From Spirochaetota bacterium (lineage in GTDB: Bacteria > Spirochaetota > B62-G9 > DRHN01), in the NCBI GenBank assembly GCA_016934265.1, contig JAFGTF010000022.1, positions 9,172 to 73,171 on the forward strand: DNA of 64,000 nucleotides. The letters run 5' to 3'. Under the pieces are notes generated by a model that saw only the letters and a program-made list of their open reading frames with translations, was not told the DNA's origin and ran no database searches. Of this stretch, positions 39,752 through 48,200 are shown in pieces (within the stretch, counting starts at the first letter, position 1; each line of letters opens with the position of its first letter). The translations under genes and the position numbers were made by a program.

Positions 39752-40593
39752 TCCTCAAGCCTCCTGTCTATCGCGGCAAACTCCTGCTCCGCCTGCAGTA
39801 TCTCCTCCTCCTTCGCCTTCCAGTAGTGGAAATCCACCCTGTCTTCCGCAAAAGAGATGCCCTTCGATTTCACCGTATCGGCGATCACCACGGACGGCTT
39901 TCCCTTTTCGAACGGGAACTCCTCCGCAGCTTTTACTATTGTCTCGATATCGTGGCCGTTTATGATCCTCGTTCCCCAGCCGAACGACCGCCACCGCTCT
40001 TCGAGCGGCTCATAGCTCATCACCTCCACCGTGCGGCCGGAGATCTGCAGCGAATTCCGGTCTACGAAGACGAGCATGTTGTCGAGCTTGTGATGGCTCG
40101 AGGCCGCGGCGGCTTCCCAGTTCGAGCCCTCCGCGAGCTCGCCGTCTCCCATTATGACGTATACCTTCGATCCGAGCCCGTCCATCTTCAGCCCCATGGC
40201 CATGCCGCCCGCGATCGAAAGGCCGTGGCCGAGGGCGCCGGTGTTGGACTCGACGCCGGGCAGCTTGTGCATATCAGGATGACCGGGCAGCTTCGAGCCG
40301 AGCGAACCGTACGTGTCCAAAACCGAATGGTCGAAGAAACCGCGCTCCGCCAAAACGGCGTAGAGGGCGAGACACTTGTGGCCGGCCGAGAGCACGAACC
40401 GGTCGCGGTCGCGCATCAGAGGCTTTTTCGGGTCGATATTCATTATTTTGAAATACAGCGCGGTGACGATGTCGACTATGGAAAGCGCGCCGCCGATATG
40501 TCCCATCTTGCCCGCCTTGATCTCCCTCAGCACGTTCTTCCTCACCTGCAGGGCGGTCTTCTGCAGTGTTTTCAGTTCCTGTGGTGTAAGCAT
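39748..40593 (-). CDS. tktA: transketolase, N-terminal (thiamine-diphosphate-binding) subunit
   Basis: 'GHIGGALSIVDI', 'GHPDMHKLPGVESNTGALGHG', 'VIMGDGELAEGSNWEA'. ATGA overlap with the C-terminal subunit gene. Confidence 0.9.
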   Translation of the reverse strand: MLTPQELKTLQKTALQVRKNVLREIKAGKMGHIGGALSIVDIVTALYFKIMNIDPKKPLMRDRDRFVLSAGHKCLALYAVLAERGFFDHSVLDTYGSLGSKLPGHPDMHKLPGVESNTGALGHGLSIAGGMAMGLKMDGLGSKVYVIMGDGELAEGSNWEAAAASSHHKLDNMLVFVDRNSLQISGRTVEVMSYEPLEERWRSFGWGTRIINGHDIETIVKAAEEFPFEKGKPSVVIADTVKSKGISFAEDRVDFHYWKAKEEEILQAEQEFAAIDRRLEE

Positions 40594-40647
40594 TGAAAGT
40601 CGCTCCTATGATCTACATACGTAAATGCGGGAGCAATACGTCCGTAT

Positions 40648-41094
40648 TTACGTCCGGTGCTCCTTCGCGTACTCGTAGATACGCTGTATTTTAGGTTCCG
40701 AGCGTCCGCCGGGCGTGTACTCGGCATCCATCCAGACCTTGACGAGCGTCTTGGCGAGCTGCGGCCCTATGGTCTGCGCACCCATGGTCATTATGTTCGC
40801 GTTGTTGCTCTTTCTGGACCGTTCCGTCGAGTAGGAGTCGGCGCATAGGGCCGCGTAAGCGCCCGGCACCTTGTTCGCCGCGATGCACATGCCGATTCCG
40901 GTCCCGCAGATCAGGATTCCGCGGTCGTGCGTACCGTTCGCAACGGCCTCGGCAACCTTGAATGCGACGTTCGCGTAGATAGGATCGTCGCTTCCGTAAT
41001 CCTCGCACTCGTATCCCAGCTCGGCGAGCTCTTGTTTCACAAGCTCTTTCATATCGGCTGCATTCGGGTCGCAGCCGACGGCTACCTTCTTCAT
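40648..41094 (-). CDS. rpiB: ribose-5-phosphate isomerase B (RpiB/LacAB family)
   Basis: 'MKKVAVGCDPNA...GILICGTGIGMCIAANK...'. ATG at 41094. Confidence 0.85.
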   Translation of the reverse strand: MKKVAVGCDPNAADMKELVKQELAELGYECEDYGSDDPIYANVAFKVAEAVANGTHDRGILICGTGIGMCIAANKVPGAYAALCADSYSTERSRKSNNANIMTMGAQTIGPQLAKTLVKVWMDAEYTPGGRSEPKIQRIYEYAKEHRT

Positions 41095-41167
41095 GTACGG
41101 GTCCTCCTGTCGCGTAATTTCTGTATGGTGGTAAGATACTAAAAGAGAAAAGATAATGAAAGGAATA

Positions 41168-42067
41168 TTACGTCTTCTTTGCAAGCGCACGCTGCTTCTC
41201 GTAGGCGAAGAGCTCGTCGCGCTTCAGCGGTCCCTCTTCTATCTCGACGCCGAGTTTTTCAGAAAAGGCGGACAGAACACAGGCTTTGAACTCCTCCTTG
41301 CCGGGCCTTTTCCCTGTCACCTCCTCGACGGACGTGATCGGCTCGAGCACCTTGTCCTTCACCTCGGGAGGAACCCATATTACCTTGAAGAAGTCGTCGG
41401 TGACGAGCGGCCCGAGGAAGCAGAGGACGTTCACGACCTCGAGGCCCTCGACCTCCGAAATGACGCAGGTGGCGATCTTCTTTCCGCCGACGCGCACGGA
41501 GCCGCGGTGCTTGTACCAGGCGTCCTTCACGCCGAAGCACGCGAGAGCCTTCAGGATTACCTCCCCGATCCGCCTGTACGCAGTGTCCGAATCGCTGAAG
41601 AAACCCTTTTGGTGCACCATCTGCAGAGAAACGGTGGATTCCGGATGGACGAACACGAGCGTCCGCTCGCCCGTGAGGATGATATGCTCGAGCGTCGGCA
41701 CGTCGGGCTTGATCTCGTTCAAGAGCGGCGCGAAGTTGGTGAGCGCAATAATCGCCTTCGCGCCTGAGTCGTTCAGTATGTGTATAACCTCACGGCCCTT
41801 GTACATCGTATTGAAGGGAACGGCGACGGCGCCGAGCTTCTGGAGCGCGTAGAAGGAGTACACGAACTCCGGGATATTCGGCAGCATGATGGCCACCCTG
41901 TCCCCTTTCTTCACGCCCAAGCCCAGCAGCCCGTTCGCGAGCTTGTTCACCGATTCGTTGAGCTGCGCGAAGGTGATCGTTTTTCCCTCGAATACGAGGG
42001 CTGCCTTCTTCTTGTATATCTTCGCCCTGTCCTCGATGGTCTCGCCGAGGCTTTTTCTTTCGATCAC
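41168..42067 (-). CDS. chimeric ORF: N-terminal ~134 aa of an AMP-dependent acyl-CoA synthetase fused in frame to the C-terminal ~165 aa of a lipoate-protein-ligase (BPL_LplA_LipB) family protein
   Basis: GTG at 42067 behind an AGGAG RBS. Residues 1-134 carry the AMP-binding N-terminal block 'GDRVAIMLPNIPEF...DSGAKAIIA...HIILTG'. Residues ~137-299 carry LplA-like 'AYRRIGEVILKALACFGVKDAW...GSVRVGGKKIATCVISE'. See findings. Confidence 0.5.
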   Translation of the reverse strand: MIERKSLGETIEDRAKIYKKKAALVFEGKTITFAQLNESVNKLANGLLGLGVKKGDRVAIMLPNIPEFVYSFYALQKLGAVAVPFNTMYKGREVIHILNDSGAKAIIALTNFAPLLNEIKPDVPTLEHIILTGERTLVFVHPESTVSLQMVHQKGFFSDSDTAYRRIGEVILKALACFGVKDAWYKHRGSVRVGGKKIATCVISEVEGLEVVNVLCFLGPLVTDDFFKVIWVPPEVKDKVLEPITSVEEVTGKRPGKEEFKACVLSAFSEKLGVEIEEGPLKRDELFAYEKQRALAKKT

Positions 42068-42077
42068 CGGTTTCTCC

Positions 42078-43487
42078 TCACTTTCCGTTTTTTTCCAGAA
42101 GCCGTTCGTCCTTGTACCCGTCTCGAAGCTCCTTCTTGAGCACTTTCCCCGTTGCCGACTTCGGGAGTGATTCCCGGAACTCGACGAACTTCGGCAGCTT
42201 GTATGGAGAGAGATGCTCCCTGCAGAACTCGACGATCTCCTTCGGGTCCGCGGTCTCGCTTTCCTCGAGCACGATGAAAGCCTTCACAGTCTCGCGCCCG
42301 CTCTTGTCCGGCACGCCGATGACGGCGGCGTCATGAACCTTCGGGTGGGTGAACAGCACCTCCTCGACCTCGCGGGGGGAGATATTGAACCCGCCCCTGA
42401 TGATGATGTCCTTCTTCCTGTCAGTGATGAAGATATACCCTTCTTCGTCTTTGTACCCCATATCGCCGGTATGAAACCAGCCGTTCTTCATCGCCTCCGC
42501 GGTCTCCTCCGGGTTGTTGTAGTACCCCTTGCTTATCATGGCCCCCTTTATCACGATCTCGCCGGTTTCGTTCGGCCCCAGCTCGACGTCGTTCTCGTCG
42601 AATATCTTTATCTCGATCTGCAGCGGAGGCTTGCCGATGGAACCCGGCCTGTACCCCTCGCCGGTGGTATTGAGACAGACGGCGGAGGTGGTCTCGGTAA
42701 GGCCGTATCCCTCGGAGAGCTGGGTCTGGAATACCTCTTCGAACTCCCTGATCGTGGTGAGCGGAAGGGGCGCTCCGCCGGAGATGCAGCTCCGCAGTGA
42801 TTTCGGGATCGATGTCTTCCTCGACTTCGAGATCTGCAGAAGGTGTATGTACATCGACGGTATCGCGATGAGCACCGTCGCCTGTACCTCGGCCATGTTC
42901 TTCAGAAGCTCGGTGGGGCTGTACTGGGGGATCAGGCTCAGGGTGCAGCCGAAATAGACCGCGGGGGTCAAAACATTCGCCATCGCGTACACGTGGTACA
43001 AAGGCAGCACGCCCACGATCCGGTCCTCCGGGTAGAGGGGGAAAATCACCTCGACCAATTCGAACTCACCGAGGAAGTTTTCGTGCGTGAGCATGACGCC
43101 CTTGGGGCTGCCCGTCGTGCCTGAAGTGTAGAGCAGAAGCGCGGTATCGGAAAGGTCCACCTCCTCGGCTGAGAACTTGCTCGACGATTTGATCATAAGC
43201 TCCTTGAGCGAGACGGTATCCGTCTGCTTCGCGCCGCCCCGTCCGCTCCGTGGATAGGAAGCGACGTCGATGTCGTGATCCTTCGCCGACTGCTTGTCCA
43301 CCCGCACGTCCGCACCCGCGAGGATACCTTTTTTATTAACGCCCTGCACGACCACGGTATCCGGTATCTTCTCCCGCGAGAGAAGGTACTTGCCCGCGAG
43401 CCTTCCCTCCACGAGAGCCGACGGGTACGCCAGTATGTCCGCGGCGTCGCCCTCGGGGTTGTAGATGAGTCTCCATTTGTCCGCCAT
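42078..43487 (-). CDS. chimeric ORF: N-terminal ~88 aa of a lipoate-protein-ligase family protein fused in frame to the core and C-terminal domain of an AMP-dependent acyl-CoA synthetase (FadD-like)
   Basis: Residues 1-88 'MADKWRLIYNPEGDAADILAYPSALVEG...KYLL...PDTVVVQG...DIDVASYPRSGRGGA' track the LplA/LplJ N-terminus through the RRxSGGGAV region. The remainder is a canonical ANL enzyme: 'YTSGTTGSPKGVMLTHEN', 'GYGLTET', 'GWFHTGD', 'SATGKV'. Confidence 0.55.
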   Translation of the reverse strand: MADKWRLIYNPEGDAADILAYPSALVEGRLAGKYLLSREKIPDTVVVQGVNKKGILAGADVRVDKQSAKDHDIDVASYPRSGRGGAKQTDTVSLKELMIKSSSKFSAEEVDLSDTALLLYTSGTTGSPKGVMLTHENFLGEFELVEVIFPLYPEDRIVGVLPLYHVYAMANVLTPAVYFGCTLSLIPQYSPTELLKNMAEVQATVLIAIPSMYIHLLQISKSRKTSIPKSLRSCISGGAPLPLTTIREFEEVFQTQLSEGYGLTETTSAVCLNTTGEGYRPGSIGKPPLQIEIKIFDENDVELGPNETGEIVIKGAMISKGYYNNPEETAEAMKNGWFHTGDMGYKDEEGYIFITDRKKDIIIRGGFNISPREVEEVLFTHPKVHDAAVIGVPDKSGRETVKAFIVLEESETADPKEIVEFCREHLSPYKLPKFVEFRESLPKSATGKVLKKELRDGYKDERLLEKNGK

Positions 43488-43491
43488 ATTC

Positions 43492-44970
43492 TTAATCGGC
43501 CTCCAGGAATTCTTCCACCTCGTCGAAGAACTTCGCCTTGATCTCCTCCGACGGCCGTTCGGTGAAAAGGCTCACAACGATATACAGTATCATATTGACG
43601 ATGATCGTCGGCATCACGGGGTGCATCCCGAAAAAGAGCGGTTTGTAAAGGAGCCCCGCCACGAGGTATATGAGCCCGGCCAGGGTGCCGACGATCGCCC
43701 CCTGCTTTGTGCCGCGCTTCCATAAGATTCCTCCCACAAGCGCGGGCCCCCACTGCGCAAACCCCGGTATGGTGACCTCCGTGAGGTAGAGGGCCATGGC
43801 CTTGGTATACCGAAGGGAAACGACGAGGCTGATGATGGTGATGCCCACGACCGACCAACGCGCCCACTTTACGATCTTGGAGTCTTCCGCTTCCGGCTTG
43901 AAGAAGCCCTGGATGAGGTCGCGGGCGATGATGATACTGGAGGTGAGAAGCTGCACCGCGGCGGTGGAGACAGCGGCCGCTATCACCCCCATGAGGACGT
44001 ATACGGAGAACCAGCTCGGCAGCTTCTGCGTTATTATGGTTTGTACGATCGAATCGGCCGCCTCCTTTCCGGTGACGCCGGGCATCACCACCGGAGCAAC
44101 GAGAGAGCCCCAGATGAACGGGAGGGTGTAGAAGAACACCCCGCCGAATATGAATATGAGTATGGGAAACCATTTGAAGAGGACCTTGTCGCGCGCGGTC
44201 ATAACGCCGATGACGATATGCGGCCAGGAGAAGGCCATGAGCCCGACGACCATCGTGCCGCCGATCACAACCGGTGTGAAATAGCCCAAGGGTCCCGGTG
44301 CGGAGAGCATCTCCGGGTTCTGCACCATGAGTGTCTGTGCCGCCGCCTTCAGCCCCCCCGGAATGAGCCTGTTGAAGGCCCAGATCAGCGATCCCAAGAG
44401 AGCCGATGCGTACACGCTTCCCAAGAATATGTTCACCCACGCGACGATGCGCATTCCGCCGAGTATGACGAGTATCACGAGAAGGACTACGGTGTACGCG
44501 GCCCCGACTATGATGGGCATCCCGGTGAGCGTCTTGAACCCTAATCCCACTCCCAAAGGCTGTATGCCGACGTACGGGACGATGAATACGAGGAGCATGA
44601 GGGAGAGCAGTACCCGTAAGAACGGCGATTCGTACCGTTCCGCCAGTACCTCGACGGGGGAGAGAAACCGGTTCAGCCTCGCAATGGCCCAGAGGCGGGG
44701 CCCGAGAAACATGTACAGGGCGGCGAATCCGGCGACCGATCCCCAGACAAAATAGATGTATGAGGGTCCGTGCAGGTATAAAAACCCCGGGTAGCCGTAA
44801 AACGTCCAGGATGAAGATACCGCAAAGAGCACGAAGAAAAACATCACCACAACGCCGATCGTTCTCCCTGCGAGCATGTAGTCCTCCGCGGTCTTGGCTG
44901 AAACCTTGTAGCCGTAGGCGGCCATGCCTAAAATAGCCAGACCGAAAAGGGCGAGAATAAGAATTGTCAT
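43492..44970 (-). CDS. sodium:solute symporter family transporter (monocarboxylate/acetate permease-like)
   Basis: 13-TM SSS architecture. It pairs with the upstream DUF4212 small subunit and is followed by an acyl-CoA ligase, as in acetate-uptake (actP) loci. Confidence 0.8.
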   Translation of the reverse strand: MTILILALFGLAILGMAAYGYKVSAKTAEDYMLAGRTIGVVVMFFFVLFAVSSSWTFYGYPGFLYLHGPSYIYFVWGSVAGFAALYMFLGPRLWAIARLNRFLSPVEVLAERYESPFLRVLLSLMLLVFIVPYVGIQPLGVGLGFKTLTGMPIIVGAAYTVVLLVILVILGGMRIVAWVNIFLGSVYASALLGSLIWAFNRLIPGGLKAAAQTLMVQNPEMLSAPGPLGYFTPVVIGGTMVVGLMAFSWPHIVIGVMTARDKVLFKWFPILIFIFGGVFFYTLPFIWGSLVAPVVMPGVTGKEAADSIVQTIITQKLPSWFSVYVLMGVIAAAVSTAAVQLLTSSIIIARDLIQGFFKPEAEDSKIVKWARWSVVGITIISLVVSLRYTKAMALYLTEVTIPGFAQWGPALVGGILWKRGTKQGAIVGTLAGLIYLVAGLLYKPLFFGMHPVMPTIIVNMILYIVVSLFTERPSEEIKAKFFDEVEEFLEAD

Positions 44971-44988
44971 GTCGTTCCTCCTTTTTTC

Positions 44989-45210
44989 CTACCGGTAGGG
45001 CCAGTATTTAAAGAAGTAGATCAGGTACGCAACGAGCCAGACCAGGGTCATGACCAGTCCGGCGAAGAGCGGAAGGGTCATCCAGCCGAACACGAGGATC
45101 TTCGCGGTGAAGTAGCGGGTCACGAAGAGCATGCCCACGACGGAAAGAAAGAGGATTCCGACGAAGATCTTTCCTGGCGTATGTCTTAAGATTTCACGCA
45201 TCGTTTCCAC
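44989..45210 (-). CDS. DUF4212 small membrane protein (putative solute:sodium symporter small subunit)
   Basis: 73 aa with two TM helices, immediately upstream of the SSS transporter. Confidence 0.65.
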   Translation of the reverse strand: METMREILRHTPGKIFVGILFLSVVGMLFVTRYFTAKILVFGWMTLPLFAGLVMTLVWLVAYLIYFFKYWPYR

Positions 45211-45403
45211 CTCCTGCGGTATGATACCCCGCTGGCCTTATTTTCAGTCTCATTATCTTCACTCGTCTTCGGCCTGCCGTATTTTTAGTGAAACCTGCCG
45301 CATACGTGCATGGGCGGGGTGCGGCCTCTTTGGGGGCCGTATTCTTCTCCTTTTTGATGGTTTATTATTATATTATTAAAAACCCGCGTCAATGGTTAAA
45401 TAA

Positions 45404-46837
45404 ATGACAATCAAAGGTCCCGAAGGCCTGCAAAAGACGGAGGAAGCGGTCTCCGAGCTTTCGCCTCTTCTTAAAAGCGGCCGGATCGAAAGGCTCGAAA
45501 ACCTCGACGAGCGTACCCTCGTCATGTCCGTGTATCGGAACGGGCGGCACACGGTCGTCGCCTGCGTATCGAAGCGGTCGCCTGGAGTGTTTCTTTTCAC
45601 CGAAACGGTACGGCCCGAGTATCTCTACTCGTCCGCAAAGACGGCTCATATGAGCAGGATTCTCAAAGCATGCAAGATCACGGATGTTTTTTGCTTCGGG
45701 CAGGGGGTCGTGTTCACCTGCCGGGGAGAGGAAGAGTTGCAGCTCTTCGTCGATTTCGGCGTTTCGGACATAGCGCTCGCGGACAAAGAAGGGCGCGCGA
45801 TCGCGTCTCTTTTCGGTCGTATTGACGAGGCGGTCCGGTATCAGGCGGCCTCCAACGGCCCGCGCGCACCGAAAACGCGGAACACACCGGTAAGCGATAT
45901 GCTTTCCGCACGCTTTTTCTCGGAACGAAACGGCGGGCTTGTCGCCGCAGCTTTGAAAACGCTGAATACCGAGGAGAAAAAGAAAAAGCGGCTTCTTTTG
46001 AAGCTTTCACAAGAGGACAGGGAGGCACAGCAGGGCGAGCGGTACAAATGGTGGGGAGAGCTTCTCAAGTACAACCTCGAACGGGTGCCGCCCGGCGCGA
46101 GCGCCGTTTCGCTTCGGGACTTCGAGGGAAAAACCGAAACGGTGCCGCTCGACCCGCGTATGACCGCGCGACAGAACATGGAGCGCTATTTCGCCCGCTA
46201 CCGGAAGATGAAGCGGAGAAAGGGTGGGTCTTCAGAACGGGTAGAGAACGAGAAGAATGCGCTTTTTCGTATCTCGGCGCTGAAGAAGAGGATCACAGGC
46301 GGCGATCTCGTCGGCCTCGACCGGCCTCCATCGCTTCTTTTATCCGCCCCGGAGCTCGAAGCGCTCGGCCGGGGACTTTTAGGGAGGCTCGAAAAGGCCC
46401 TTACCGGCGGGGGGAAGAAAAAAAAGCAGCCGGAAGAGGAAAAGAAGCCGCACCTCGTTTTTTTTACCTCCTCGGGCAAGCGGGTGTTCGTCGGGCGGAA
46501 CGCGTCCGAGAACGACGAGCTCGTCAGGCGGGTGGCGCGCGGGAACGACCTCTGGTTTCACGCGGAAGGTGTTTCCGGGAGCCATGTGCTGCTCCGGTAC
46601 GAGAAGAAAGGCGGGTTCACCGAAAACGACGTGCGCGACGCCTGCATGCTCGCTCTGCACTTCAGCAGATTCCGCGACCAAAAAAGCGGCCCCGTCGTTT
46701 ACACTTTCTGCAAGTGCGTGAAAAAAAAGAAGGGGGCGGGAGCCGGGCACGTCGAATACTTCAACAACAAGACGAAGATCGTTACGATGGACGACTCGGT
46801 GCTCGCCGGACTGCTCGGTCGGACGCAGGCTCGCTGA
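45404..46837 (+). CDS. NFACT-family (RqcH/FbpA-like) protein with a C-terminal NFACT-R (DUF814) domain
   Basis: C-terminal 'VFVGRNASENDELVRRVARGNDLWFHAEGVSGSHVLL' is the DUF814 signature. The N-terminal region is NFACT-N-like. Confidence 0.6.
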   Translation: MTIKGPEGLQKTEEAVSELSPLLKSGRIERLENLDERTLVMSVYRNGRHTVVACVSKRSPGVFLFTETVRPEYLYSSAKTAHMSRILKACKITDVFCFGQGVVFTCRGEEELQLFVDFGVSDIALADKEGRAIASLFGRIDEAVRYQAASNGPRAPKTRNTPVSDMLSARFFSERNGGLVAAALKTLNTEEKKKKRLLLKLSQEDREAQQGERYKWWGELLKYNLERVPPGASAVSLRDFEGKTETVPLDPRMTARQNMERYFARYRKMKRRKGGSSERVENEKNALFRISALKKRITGGDLVGLDRPPSLLLSAPELEALGRGLLGRLEKALTGGGKKKKQPEEEKKPHLVFFTSSGKRVFVGRNASENDELVRRVARGNDLWFHAEGVSGSHVLLRYEKKGGFTENDVRDACMLALHFSRFRDQKSGPVVYTFCKCVKKKKGAGAGHVEYFNNKTKIVTMDDSVLAGLLGRTQAR

Positions 46838-46994
46838 CGGGCGATGAAATCACTTGACAACGGCGGGGGGAGGTAATTTATTTGTTTATTCCATCGACAG
46901 TAACGATCCGTCCGTTCGAAGCGGTTTCGATGCGCAAAATGCCGGATCTTCGAACGGCGGGCTGCGATCTTCGATCGTTTAACAGGGGCGTGAA

Positions 46995-48200
46995 ATGAAA
47001 AAAGCGGTGCTTGCATTCTCCGGCGGTCTCGATACCTCCTTCTGCGTGGTCTATCTCAAGGAGGAGCTCGGATACGACGTGATATCGGTCACGGTCGATA
47101 CGGGCGGATTCTCGAAAGAGGAGCTGAAACGGATAGAAACGCGGGCCTATTCGCTCGGCGTGAAGAAGCATATCACCGTCGACGCCACCAAGTTCGTGTA
47201 TGACAGGTTCATCTCCTATATTGTGAAGGGCAACTCGCTGAGAGGGAACGTCTACCCGCTCTCGGTCGGCGCAGAACGGGTGGCCCAGGCCGTCGAGATA
47301 TCCAGAACGGCCGTCCGTGAGAAGGCGGACGCGGTCTGCCACGGCTCGACCGGCGCGGGTAACGACCAGATCAGGTTCGACGTCGCGTTCAGGGCGCTGG
47401 TTCCGGAAAAAGAGCTTCTCACGCCGATACGCGAGCTCGGTCTCTCGAGGGAACAGGAGGCCGACCGGCTCGCCGCCTGGGGCTTTCCGGTCGACGCCGA
47501 GGTGAAGGACTACTCCATAAACGAGGGAATCTGGGGTACCACGATAGGCGGAAAGCAGACGCACGACCCGTGGGACTTCCCTCCGGATACGGTGTTCAAA
47601 CATACGAGTGGAACGGACGGCCCAGCGCTTCCCCCGCGAGAGATCGTCATAGTTTTCAAAGAGGGGCTCCCGGTCGAGTTGGAGGGCGAGAAGCTGTCAG
47701 GAGTCGACGCCCTGCGCCGACTCAACGAAACGGCCGGCGGATACGGTATCGGGAGGGGGGTGCACGTGGGAGATACGATCCTCGGAATAAAGGGAAGGAT
47801 CGTATTCGAGGCGCCGGCGCCGGTGGTTCTGATCGCCGCGCACAGGGAGCTCGAAAAGCTCGTGCTCTCCAAGAACCAGCGTTTCTGGAAGGACCACCTC
47901 GGGCAGGTGTACGGCGACATGCTGCACGAGGGGCTCTATTTCGATCCGGTGATGCGCGACATCGAGGCGATGCTCGATTCGTCCCAGGAGAGCGTTTCGG
48001 GTCGTGTGAGGGTGCGGCTTCTGCCCGGCAGCTTCCTCGTCACCGGGACGGAGAGCGAGTACTCGCTCATGAAGAGCGACCTCGCGACATACGGCGAGGT
48101 ACAGTCGCTGTGGGACAGCAGGGACGCCGAGGGATTCAGCAGGATATACGGGATACCGGCGAGGCTGTTCGGTATCGTACACAAGGACAAATGGCTTTGA
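46995..48200 (+). CDS. argG: argininosuccinate synthase
   Basis: PP-loop 'AFSGGLDTS', then 'HGSTGAGNDQIRFD'. It heads an argC/D/F'/B/H cluster. Confidence 0.8.
   Translation: MKKAVLAFSGGLDTSFCVVYLKEELGYDVISVTVDTGGFSKEELKRIETRAYSLGVKKHITVDATKFVYDRFISYIVKGNSLRGNVYPLSVGAERVAQAVEISRTAVREKADAVCHGSTGAGNDQIRFDVAFRALVPEKELLTPIRELGLSREQEADRLAAWGFPVDAEVKDYSINEGIWGTTIGGKQTHDPWDFPPDTVFKHTSGTDGPALPPREIVIVFKEGLPVELEGEKLSGVDALRRLNETAGGYGIGRGVHVGDTILGIKGRIVFEAPAPVVLIAAHRELEKLVLSKNQRFWKDHLGQVYGDMLHEGLYFDPVMRDIEAMLDSSQESVSGRVRVRLLPGSFLVTGTESEYSLMKSDLATYGEVQSLWDSRDAEGFSRIYGIPARLFGIVHKDKWL

Noticed and set aside
39002-40596. Two plus-strand ORFs (39002..39826, 39721..40596)
   Set aside because: They are antisense to the split transketolase genes, whose motifs are unambiguous.
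41655-43235. Shared 9-mer 'GAGCGGACG' at both lpl/acs junction regions as a crossover footprint
   Set aside because: The 9-mer sits in different codon phases at the two junctions, so recombination within it could not yield the observed in-frame products. It is probably a coincidental GC-rich match.
43193-44440. 415-aa minus-strand ORF overlapping the SSS transporter
   Set aside because: It is out of frame and overlaps the clearly membrane-protein-like transporter ORF; the translation is Arg/Gly/His-rich low complexity.
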